Source of the DNA: an uncultured Chloroflexia bacterium
GTDB lineage: Bacteria > Chloroflexota > Anaerolineae > B4-G1 > SLSP01
NCBI GenBank assembly: GCA_963700595.1
Contig: CAVOYE010000011.1
Span: forward strand, 218,336-282,335
Direction of reading: 5' to 3'
DNA: 64,000 nt
Shown: positions 30,517 to 39,800 of the stretch, piece after piece
Layout: the number at the start of each line of letters is the position of its first letter
Position numbering within the stretch: position 1 is the first letter of the stretch
Made by a program: the position numbers and the translations under genes
The notes under the pieces: generated by a model
What the model was told of the DNA's origin: nothing
Database searches by the model: none
The model's input: only the letters and a program-made list of their open reading frames with translations

Positions 30517-31995
30517 GTGAATATCCTGCTGGTTTACCCGGAGTTCCCGGACACTTTTTGGAGTTTCAAACACGCGTTAAAGTTCATCCGTAAAAAAGCT
30601 GGGTCTCCGCCTCTGGGTTTGCTGACTGTGGCGGCGATGCTGCCTGCCGAATGGGGAATGCGTCTGGTGGACCTTAACACCACTGGTCTGAGCCAAAAAG
30701 ACCTGCTGTGGGCTGATTATGTTTTCATCAGCGCGATGGTCGTACAGCGGGACGCAGCCCGCGACCTCATCATCCGTTGTAAGCAGGCAGGGGTAACCGT
30801 GGTGGCGGGTGGACCTCTATTCACAATGGAGCATGACCAGTTCCCCGAGGTGGATCACTTTATACTCAATGAAGCCGAAATCACATTACCGCTTTTTCTG
30901 GCAGATCTGGCTAATGGCTGTGCACGTTCGCTTTATACCACCGACGAATTTCCAGATATCCGGCAAAGTCCGGCGCCCCTATGGGGGTTGGCGAACTTGA
31001 AATATTACGATGCCATCAGTATCCAATACTCGCGTGGATGCCCGTTTAATTGTAACTTCTGCAATATCACCGCACTTTTGGGCCATCGCCCACGAACCAA
31101 GACTGCCCCGCAGATTGTCGCCGAATTAGACAGCTTATATGCACTGGGTTGGCGCAAGAGTGTCTTTTTTGTGGACGATAATTTCATCGGCAACAAAAAG
31201 CAGCTTAAATCTGAGATCCTGCCGGCTTTGATTAGATGGCGTAAAGGGAAGATTGGGATGCCATTTCATACAGAAGCGTCAATAAATTTAGCCGATGATC
31301 TGGAATTGATGGCGTTAATGACCCAGGCAGGATTTAATATGGTCTTTGTGGGGATCGAGACGCCTAATGAAGCCAGTTTGACCGAATGCAGCAAGTTTCA
31401 AAACAAGGGGCGGGATTTAGTGGAAAGCGTCAAGCAACTTCAACGGGCAGGCCTCCAGGTGCAGGGTGGATTCATTGTCGGTTTTGACAGCGATACACCG
31501 GCAATCTTCCAGCAGCAGATTGAGTTTATTCAGAAGAGCGGAATTGTGACAGCGATGGTTGGACTGTTGCAGGCGCCTCCCGGCACGCAACTCTATGAAC
31601 GCATGCAGAAGGAAGGACGCCTGGTGAATGATATTTCTGGTGATAACGTTGACGGTTCGACAAATATCATTCCCAAAATGGGTCTTGAACCCCTGCGTGA
31701 AGGCTATCACCACCTTCTGGCGCATATTTATGCACCCAAATATTACTATGAACGGGTGCTGACATTCCTGCGGGAATATCAGCCTCCCAGGATTCGGACC
31801 CACCTTGATTTCCAATATTTCCTTGCTCTGTGGCGATCGATTTATCAATTAGGAGTTCGGGCGGAAGAACGGGTTCACTACTGGCGCCTTTTCTTCTGGA
31901 CCTTATTCCGCAAGCCACGTGTGTTCCCTCTGGCAATTGCAATGGCGATATACGGCTTTCACTTTCGCCAGGTGATTGCTTCACACGTTGGGTGA
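30517..31995 (+). CDS. B12-binding radical SAM protein (DUF4070 C-terminus)
   Basis: PPLGLLTVAAMLP, SRGCPFNCNFC, FVDDNF, GFIVGFDSD. Confidence 0.9.
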   Translation: MNILLVYPEFPDTFWSFKHALKFIRKKAGSPPLGLLTVAAMLPAEWGMRLVDLNTTGLSQKDLLWADYVFISAMVVQRDAARDLIIRCKQAGVTVVAGGPLFTMEHDQFPEVDHFILNEAEITLPLFLADLANGCARSLYTTDEFPDIRQSPAPLWGLANLKYYDAISIQYSRGCPFNCNFCNITALLGHRPRTKTAPQIVAELDSLYALGWRKSVFFVDDNFIGNKKQLKSEILPALIRWRKGKIGMPFHTEASINLADDLELMALMTQAGFNMVFVGIETPNEASLTECSKFQNKGRDLVESVKQLQRAGLQVQGGFIVGFDSDTPAIFQQQIEFIQKSGIVTAMVGLLQAPPGTQLYERMQKEGRLVNDISGDNVDGSTNIIPKMGLEPLREGYHHLLAHIYAPKYYYERVLTFLREYQPPRIRTHLDFQYFLALWRSIYQLGVRAEERVHYWRLFFWTLFRKPRVFPLAIAMAIYGFHFRQVIASHVG

Positions 31996-32008
31996 GTTGT
32001 CGTTGATT

Positions 32009-32293
32009 GGGTGTGTTTCTGTTTCAGCATAAACTTGGCTCGTTAGTGGGGCAGAGACAAGATTATAGGTTGTGCGACCGTTTAACGAATATCAACTGAG
32101 CTTTGCCCAAAAACAGGTAAGTATTGCATTTTTCTGGCGCAGAATTATGAATCGAATACTTCATACCCAGCGGACTGAGTCTCAGTCCGCTGGGTATTTA
32201 ACAACCGGTGTTTTGCAGAATGGGCGGAAGAGGGTTGCACCATCTGACAACAGCGTTCTATTCTACGGTGTTTCCACCTCCTGAAACACGCCC
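32009..32293. mobile_element. Possible MITE-like element with internal palindrome
   Basis: Ends GGGTGTGTTTCTG vs reverse complement GGGCGTGTTTCAG (11/13); contains perfect 17-bp-arm palindrome 32163-32197. Confidence 0.45.
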
Positions 32294-32302
32294 CAGAATT
32301 TG

Positions 32303-32762
32303 GGGTGTGCGTCACATTTTTGCAGAATATCAAGGGACGCGAACATACTCCAAACGTAACCGTTTGTAGTCTAGCCCCTCGTGGGCGTTCTGAACGGGGG
32401 TACTTGATGCACAATCGATGGTACCACGGGAGAACGGGCACAAGGCCCTGGACTACGGGATTGAGCGGGAATAAAAAGGAACAACGTTGATCCTGAGTTT
32501 AGTCGGGTGCAAAAAACTGACGGACACCCCTTCGACTGGGTGTGCGTCACATTTTTGCAGAATATCAAGGGACGCGAACATACTCCAAACGCAACCGTTT
32601 GTAGTCTAGCGCCTCGTGGGCGTTCTGAAATCGGTACTTGATGCACAATCGATGGTACCACGGGAGAACGGGCACAAGGCCCTAGACTACGGGATTGAGC
32701 GGGAATAAAAGGAACAACGTTGATTCTGAGTTTAGTCGGGTGCAAAAAACTGACGCACACCC
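32303..32762. mobile_element. Head-to-tail dimer of a ~226-bp MITE
   Basis: Copies 32303-32529 and 32538-32762, near identical; TIR GGGTGTGCGTCA...TGACGCACACCC; 8-bp spacer CTTCGACT; flanking 9-bp direct repeat CAGAATTTG (32294-32302, 32763-32771). Confidence 0.85.
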
Positions 32763-32855
32763 CAGAATTTGAGTACAGTTGTTATTTCATAAAATAAGAT
32801 ATATACTTATAGCTAATATCCCGATTCACATAACTGCAAAAAAGGAGTAAGTATC

Positions 32856-33364
32856 ATGTCAGAACCATTCTTGGCAGAGATTAGAATTGTTGGGTTTAAT
32901 TTTGCTCCACGCGGTTGGGCATTTTGTGATGGTCAAATTCTACCTATAAATCAAAACCAGTCGCTGTATTCTTTGTTAGGGACAACCTACGGGGGGGATG
33001 GTCGCACCACCTTTGCCCTTCCTGATTTGCGCAGCAGAGTGCCTATACATACGGGGGGCAGCAATGGTACTTCTCATACTTTGGGATCGAAAGCTGGTCA
33101 GGAAACTCACACGCTGACGGTGTCCGAGATACCTCAGCACACCCACAGCATCCAGGCGTCTTCAGATGGTTCGGATTCCCAGGATCCCACAGATAGAGTA
33201 TTGGCACAATCAGGGCAGGTTTATCGTAATACAGCCTCTTTAGTGGACATGGTGAGTGGATCGATGACCAATACGGGTGGTGGGCAGGTGCATGAAACAT
33301 GCAGCCCTTCCTGGCTCTCAACTTCTGTATCGCATTGACGGGTTTATTCCCGTCGAGAAATTAA
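32856..33364 (+). CDS. Phage tail collar domain (MdpB-like) protein 1 (frameshift near 33295)
   Basis: EPFLAEIR..GFNFAPRGWAFCDGQ...YGGDGRTTFALPDLR; alternative frame gives ...MQPFLALNFCIALTGLFPSRN*. Confidence 0.9.
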
Positions 33365-33374
33365 GGAGGAAGTG

Positions 33375-33893
33375 ATGTCTGAACCATTTGTAGGTGAGAT
33401 TAGAATGTTCGCTGGTAACTTTGCACCCCGAGGTTGGGCGTTTTGTGATGGGCAGCTATTGGCTGTTTCGCAAAATGATGCCTTGTTCTCGCTTTTTGGC
33501 ACGATCTATGGAGGTGATGGACGCACAACCTTTGGCCTTCCTGATTTGCGAGGGCGGGTTCCCGTCCATGCCGGGCAGGGTCCAGGACTTTCAGAGCGGC
33601 GGTTAGGCTCTAAGGGTGGTGCTGAAAATGTGACAGTCACTGTAAATCAACTTGCCTCTCATACGCATTTAGTGAAAGGAACAAATGAGCCTGCTGACGC
33701 CACCGTTCCTTCCAGCAGGCTTCCCGCTGGATCCAGCACCGTTAGTTTATACGCCAGCACTGCGCCTACGGTAGATTTCAACGCAGCAGCGGTACCTGCA
33801 GTAGGTGGTAGCCAATCGCACGACAATCTGATGCCTTTTTTGTGCATTAATTTTATTGTGGCTTTGATTGGCATATACCCATCGAGACAATAG
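33375..33893 (+). CDS. Phage tail collar domain (MdpB-like) protein 2
   Basis: Same collar motif; ends NLMPFLCINFIVALIGIYPSRQ. Confidence 0.9.
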   Translation: MSEPFVGEIRMFAGNFAPRGWAFCDGQLLAVSQNDALFSLFGTIYGGDGRTTFGLPDLRGRVPVHAGQGPGLSERRLGSKGGAENVTVTVNQLASHTHLVKGTNEPADATVPSSRLPAGSSTVSLYASTAPTVDFNAAAVPAVGGSQSHDNLMPFLCINFIVALIGIYPSRQ

Positions 33894-33903
33894 GAGAAAA
33901 ATC

Positions 33904-34422
33904 ATGTCTGAACCATTTATCGCAGAAGTCAGGATATTTGCCGGTAACTTTGCTCCCCGTGGATGGGCATTTTGTGATGGGCAACTGCTGCCAATTGCGC
34001 AGAATACAGCGCTGTTTTCACTGATTGGCACCACTTATGGCGGTGACGGACGTACTACTACCGCATTACCTAACTTGCAGGGTCGCGCTCCGATGCATCC
34101 GGGTCAAGGTCCAGGACTGACAGCCCGGAGACTGGGTGAAAAAGGTGGAGTTGAGACCGTCGCACTTTCTGAAGCACAAATGCCCAATCATCTCCATACT
34201 TTACGCGCAACGGTGAGTCGGGGTAGCGCCAGTCAACCGCAGGGCAATGCCTTTAACCGCTCTACCGGTGATACGGCATACCTTGCCCCGACGAACTTAA
34301 CTGGAATGTCTACAACGATGGCAGCAAATACCGGGGGAGGTCAACCCCACAACAATCTGCAGCCATTCCTTACGCTCAACTTTATCATCGCGCTGGTAGG
34401 GTTATATCCTTCGAGAAACTAA
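33904..34422 (+). CDS. Phage tail collar domain (MdpB-like) protein 3
   Basis: Same collar motif; ends NLQPFLTLNFIIALVGLYPSRN. Confidence 0.9.
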   Translation: MSEPFIAEVRIFAGNFAPRGWAFCDGQLLPIAQNTALFSLIGTTYGGDGRTTTALPNLQGRAPMHPGQGPGLTARRLGEKGGVETVALSEAQMPNHLHTLRATVSRGSASQPQGNAFNRSTGDTAYLAPTNLTGMSTTMAANTGGGQPHNNLQPFLTLNFIIALVGLYPSRN

Positions 34423-34457
34423 GTGAGGAAACTCCTGTAAATACTGTATGAAAAGGG

Positions 34458-35513
34458 TTGCACATCATGCATCTGAAAACGCTGAGATTCGCTACAGACG
34501 CGCTTCTTCATGAAGAGGATCGAGGGATGATTTATCTATCTCTCAAGTGCATCCATTCTGTTTTTTCTGAACTATCAACCGTAAAGGGTGATATCCTTGA
34601 ACAGCACCACGATAAGGAATCTTTCCTGGATAGTGGCGTAGCCATCTCGCCGCACCTGGCGGCGAGATGCTTGTTTGATCCCTTACGCACTGTGCAATTC
34701 CTGCGGGGAATAAACCACGCCATCCATGAGGTGATGGATCGATTCCCGGGTGAGAGGATCAATATCGTTTATGCGGGATGCGGGCCTTATGCAACCTTGC
34801 TGCTGCCCCTGACCACGCAATTTGAGCCCGGGCAGATACGATTAACCCTTATCGATATTCACAAACCTTCCATTGATGGGGTTAACCTTATCATCAAGGC
34901 CCTGGGTCTCGAAGATTATGTCGATGCATGTATTCAAGCGGATGCAGTCCGGTATACGTATCCCGAAGATATCCCCTTACATATGGTGGTCAGTGAAACA
35001 ATGCAGGCGGGTCTGGCAAGAGAACCCCAACTGGCGATCATGCGCAATTTTCTGCCCCAACTCCACGGAAACGGACTGTTCATTCCTGAGAAAATAACCG
35101 TAGATGCATACTTGAGCAGTTCAGAAACTGAAGATATAGGATTGTTGATGCACCGTGATGCATCGGGTTATCCGGTCGGGCATGAATTTAAACCCCAAGC
35201 TAATCGTCTATGGCTTAGGCGTGTTGTCGAAGTGAATTCAAAATCACCGCAACAACAGATATTCAACCAGAAGTCGGATTTAGTCGCACTTACCAACATC
35301 GAGATTCCGCCCCACGATCAGAAATTCGATCAATTTTTATTATTAACCACGATAGGCATTTTCGGCTCCTATAATCTGGAACCCTATGACTGTGAATTAA
35401 GTTTTCCCCTGCGACTGCATGATTTGAACGGGATTTCCAGTGGCAGCAAAATCCAATTCTTTTACCAGTCTTCGCACGTTCCAGGGCTGAGCTATGAACG
35501 CATTAGCGCTTAG
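34458..35513 (+). CDS. Class I SAM-dependent methyltransferase, PRMT-like
   Basis: Motif I IVYAGCGP, motif II LIDIH, IQADA, VVSETMQAGLARE (E-x8-E), GLFIP. Confidence 0.7.
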   Translation: MHIMHLKTLRFATDALLHEEDRGMIYLSLKCIHSVFSELSTVKGDILEQHHDKESFLDSGVAISPHLAARCLFDPLRTVQFLRGINHAIHEVMDRFPGERINIVYAGCGPYATLLLPLTTQFEPGQIRLTLIDIHKPSIDGVNLIIKALGLEDYVDACIQADAVRYTYPEDIPLHMVVSETMQAGLAREPQLAIMRNFLPQLHGNGLFIPEKITVDAYLSSSETEDIGLLMHRDASGYPVGHEFKPQANRLWLRRVVEVNSKSPQQQIFNQKSDLVALTNIEIPPHDQKFDQFLLLTTIGIFGSYNLEPYDCELSFPLRLHDLNGISSGSKIQFFYQSSHVPGLSYERISA

Positions 35514-35522
35514 GATCAAACT

Positions 35523-36002
35523 ATGAAAAGAAAAATTACCCTTCGTCCGGTTACGATTGCGGACAGACCATTTCTCAGCGAAGTTTATGCCAGCACCCGG
35601 CAGGATGAGCTATCTGTTCTTGCCTGGAGTGATTCTGAAAAAGAAACATTTCTGAAGTTTCAGTTTGATGCTCAAGACACGTATTATCATGAGCAATTCG
35701 ATTCGGCTGATTTTTTTGTTATTGAAAGAGAGCATAAGCCCGTTGGACGTTTGTATCTTGATCATCGGAAAGATGAGATTCGCATCATCGATATTTCTTT
35801 ACTGCCTCCATATCGCAACCAGGGTATCGGAACTGCTTTTTTAACCGAAATCTTGACTGAAGGTGAAGCTGCCGGATTACCGGTACGCATTCATGTCGAA
35901 TCCAACAATCCAGCCTTGCGGTTGTACAATCGTCTAGGCTTCCAGAAAGTTGACGAAAATGGTGTTTACTATTTAATGGAGAAATTACCGGACCGGTGTT
36001 AA
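35523..36002 (+). CDS. GNAT family N-acetyltransferase
   Basis: IIDISLLPPYRNQGIGT, NPALRLYNRLGF. Confidence 0.9.
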   Translation: MKRKITLRPVTIADRPFLSEVYASTRQDELSVLAWSDSEKETFLKFQFDAQDTYYHEQFDSADFFVIEREHKPVGRLYLDHRKDEIRIIDISLLPPYRNQGIGTAFLTEILTEGEAAGLPVRIHVESNNPALRLYNRLGFQKVDENGVYYLMEKLPDRC

Positions 36003-36013
36003 GGAGAAGATTA

Positions 36014-36331
36014 ATGCTTGATAAACTAACCAGTGAAGATTTTTCTGCGCATATCCATGAATCATTCAGAATAAAACCCGAAGGAGGCGACAATGGGGCA
36101 ACCTACGGTCCGGGTGTGGCTGAGTTAATCGAAGTCAACGAGTTAAGCACACCGCAAAATAGACCGGAGAAAAGAACCCCCTTTTCCCTCATATTTCGAT
36201 GTTCCAATGAAGTCATCATGCCACAGCAAATTTATCTGGTTGAACACGCTCAACTGGGACCGCTCATGATGTTTCTGGTGCCCGTTGGTCAGGATCAAGA
36301 AGGTTACCTCTATGAGGCAATATTTACGTAA
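36014..36331 (+). CDS. DUF6916-like protein
   Basis: LTSEDF...PFSLIF...PQQIY.VEH..LG...MFLVPVG...YEAIF pattern typical of collar-GNAT clusters. Confidence 0.7.
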   Translation: MLDKLTSEDFSAHIHESFRIKPEGGDNGATYGPGVAELIEVNELSTPQNRPEKRTPFSLIFRCSNEVIMPQQIYLVEHAQLGPLMMFLVPVGQDQEGYLYEAIFT

Positions 36332-36459
36332 AGCAATAGCAATCAATTTAACTATAAACAATTCAGCATAGAAAGCACTAGACATTTATCGGTATGATAG
36401 GTATAGTGGGCATAATTAGCTACCCAGACCTGTGGAAACCAGAGGAGGAAGGGAGTACC

Positions 36460-36783
36460 ATGAAAAGAAGAGCATTTTTAAAACTGACAGCATTGGCTTC
36501 GGCAGCGTTATTTCTACAAAATGCAGGATGGAATGTAACTGCTGGCATGCCCACGCAAAATCAGCATAAAGGTATGGTGTTCAAGGGAAATTCACTTGGA
36601 GAAATATATTGTTCGCGAGATGAGGGAGAAACCTGGCAGGCGCACACCCGCTTGAGTCCTGGGACCTCTATCGCAGGAATTCACGGTGACCCATCAGGGC
36701 GGCTTTATGCTCAAGTGGTATATTCAGGCTATAGCTTTGAGTTGATGTTAACCGATGATGGGCTTAACTGGATGTCGGTTTGA
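36460..36783 (+). CDS. Tat-exported small protein with Asp-box motifs
   Basis: MKRRAFLK twin-arginine signal; SRDEGETW and TDDGLNW. Confidence 0.65.
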   Translation: MKRRAFLKLTALASAALFLQNAGWNVTAGMPTQNQHKGMVFKGNSLGEIYCSRDEGETWQAHTRLSPGTSIAGIHGDPSGRLYAQVVYSGYSFELMLTDDGLNWMSV

Positions 36784-36832
36784 TAATGTTAAAAGAAAAT
36801 GTCGTGACTCCGATATATCGTTTCAGTGATAG

Positions 36833-39800
36833 GTGAGGTTAAAGATGAAAACAAGAAAACAGCGTTACATGTGGGCTTTGCTCGGAAACGTGAGTCTATT
36901 CGCAGTTATCGGACTGATATTAATGGTTGCAGTTGGACCGTCATCTGCAGATCCGATACTCACTGCCAGCAAATCCGACATAATATTTATTGACAGCTAT
37001 TCAAACAACGTGGCGAATGCAGGTGACACGATCCGCTACACCACAATTGTCACCAACAGCGGTTCGACGGGAGCCGTAAACATGGCTTTCGTGGATACCA
37101 TCGATCCTGATACCACTTTGGTTGCCGGTTCGGTTCGCACAACCCCCATTGCCCGGCATGATACCTATACTTCAATCGGCAATGTGGGGATCAGTGTTCC
37201 AGCGGGCAGTGGTGTGCTGGCTAACGATAACGATCCTGATGGCAGCACGCCAGTTCTCACCATCGTCAGCTTTGACGCCACCAGTGCCAATGGTGGTAGT
37301 GTTGCTGTGGCAGCTGATGGCAGCTTTACCTACCTACCAACCCCGGGTTTTGAGGGATCTGATTCATATACATATACGATCCAGGACAGCGATGGCAATA
37401 CTGATCCTGCAACCGTCGTTATCAGCGTCAACGATGTGATCTGGTTTATTGATAACAGCGCCGGGGGTGGGGGAGATGGACGTCTTGGTACTCCGTTTGA
37501 CAGTTTGGCAGCGTATGATGCAACTGCCGCGGATGAATCTGGGGATGTTATCTTCCTTTACGAATCAGGCAGCGGTGACTACAGCGGTGGTATCATACTG
37601 CTCAACGACCAGAAACTCATTGGGGAAGGAGCGACAGCCACAATTGCTTCGATTGCCGGTATCACGCTGCCCGCGTTCAGCAACGCTTTACCCGCCACAT
37701 CAGGCAGCAAACCCACGATTATCAACGCTGCCGGTAATGGCATCACCTTGGCAGCAAATAACACCATTCGCGGTCTTAATGTCGGAAACACTACCGCCAC
37801 CGGTATTGCGGGCAGCTCTGTCGGTACATTGACGCTGAGTGATGTTTCAATTACCGGTAGCGGTAAGGGCGTTGATATCAACGGCGGAGCTATGGCGGCT
37901 ACTTTCGACAGCATAGCTGTTTCTTCTTCCACAACTGGTGGGGTATCCCTGCAAAGTGTTTCCGGGACGACAAATATCAACGCTTTGAGTATCACCAACA
38001 GCAGCAGTACAGGTTTGCTGGCTTTATCCGCCGGCACGATAAACATCAACGGCGCCGGCAATATCATCAACACCACCAATGGTACAGCCGTTAACCTCAC
38101 GAACACGAGCATCGGCAGCAGCGGGATAACCTTTCTGAGCGTTTCAGCCAGCGGGACTGACACCGGTATCACACTCAACAACACCGGCATCGGCGACTTC
38201 ACAATTACCGGTAACGGGACAACCGACGGCAGTGGTGGTATCCTGACAAACTTGAACGATCACGGCATCGAACTCATTAACGTGCAGGATGTCTTCATCA
38301 GCAATATGAATTTGAATAACGCGGCTTTGACCCAGGAGGTTGAACCCAACACGGTGACCTGTACGAACCTGTCAAATGGCAGTAACCTGGGCTGTAACGC
38401 TCCGGTGCACATGGTTAATGCGAACAATATAAACCTGACCAACCTGACCATCAACGGCAGTGTGCAGCATGGGGTCAACGGAAACAACGTTAATGGTCTG
38501 ACCATCAGCAATACCGACGTGACCAACATTGGCAATCAAAACAAAGAAAACGGGATGCATTTCATCAATCTGCTGGGTACGGTCAGTTTCAGCAATGTCA
38601 GTGTCATCGGCTCCAATACACGTAACGTGTTGATTGAGAACAACACCGGTATAGCCAATGTCACAGTCACCGGTTCCACCTTCAACACTGCGGGTAGTGA
38701 AGTCGGTCTCGATTTTCTCGGACTGGGCACGGCGAACATCACCTTCAGCGTCAGCGGCAGCAGCTTTTACCGCAACAATTCTGTGCAGCTCAAAGCGCTG
38801 GCTTCGGGCAGCAGCACAATGAATGCCACCATTAACGGCAGCAACACGTTTGAAGGTAACCCAGCTGTGACAGGCAATTCGGGTGTCGATCTGGACGCGG
38901 TTGATGGCGCAACCCTTACCTTTAACGTTTCAGGTAATACTTTCCAACCCTTCAGAAGTCAGGTGATCAACGTTTTCACCTCAGGTGGCGGTACTGCTTC
39001 GGGGCGGGTAAACGGGAACACGATCACAGGATCAGCCTTCGGCGCCGGTGTTCGTGCCGTAGCCGAAGTGACCGATGTCAACGGCACAAACCCCGGCATC
39101 ACGATTGAGATTAATAACAACAGCATCAGTGGTGTAGCGGGTGGCGGGTTAGCCGGTATCCATATCGAAGCCCGTGATGGCAGCAATGGCTTGACAGGCG
39201 TGGCTAACGTTGATGCCACGGTTATCAATAATAACGTCACCACCAATGGCGCTGACGCGGCGATACAGGTATATCTCGAGGATCTGAACGGCACCGCTAA
39301 CCGCGTCTGCATTAACGCCACAGGTAATGCTACGCAAGCCGTAGGGGGTGCTTTTGGTGAGACCGATTTCTTCTTCGGAAATAATGCCGCTTCAGGGACA
39401 AATTCGGGGATTGCTCAGATGCAGGGTTATTCTGGCAGTGTCAGCAATACCTGGTTTACGGTAAATAGCAATACCAGTACAACCACCATACCATTTGCCG
39501 ATAGTCTGGGTCCAATTGGTAGCGGTACTTGTGCCTTGGTTGCATCCGTTCTTCCTGCAGCTAACACCCCAATGATTACCCGGGATGTGCCGGTTTTACA
39601 TCTAACCCAGAATATATACTCAGATCTGGAGGGAGTTATCGATAACGCATTGATGGTACAGCGTGACCGCTTTGAAAAACAAGTGTCCGCGGTTGATCGT
39701 TCTGATCTGGTTGCCTTCAATACGCAAGTAAAGGCTAAAGTCAGAACATGGGCTGACTGGTTTGTCTCTGCTTTCAGGGTCTCGCCGGTTTTAGCCAGCG

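Noticed and set aside
30517-31995. Radical SAM as a RiPP maturase acting on neighbouring small ORFs
   Set aside because: It is the widespread B12-binding DUF4070 type with no SPASM/RRE features, and the small ORFs look like membrane or zinc-ribbon proteins rather than precursors
32072-32760. Short ORFs overlapping the MITE stack
   Set aside because: They are translations of the repeat itself, with no transposase motifs
32294-32771. Repeats as a CRISPR array
   Set aside because: Two ~226-bp units with TIRs, not short repeats with unique spacers; no cas genes
32856-34422. Prophage, tailocin or eCIS
   Set aside because: No sheath, tube, baseplate, capsid, terminase, lysis or integrase genes in the window
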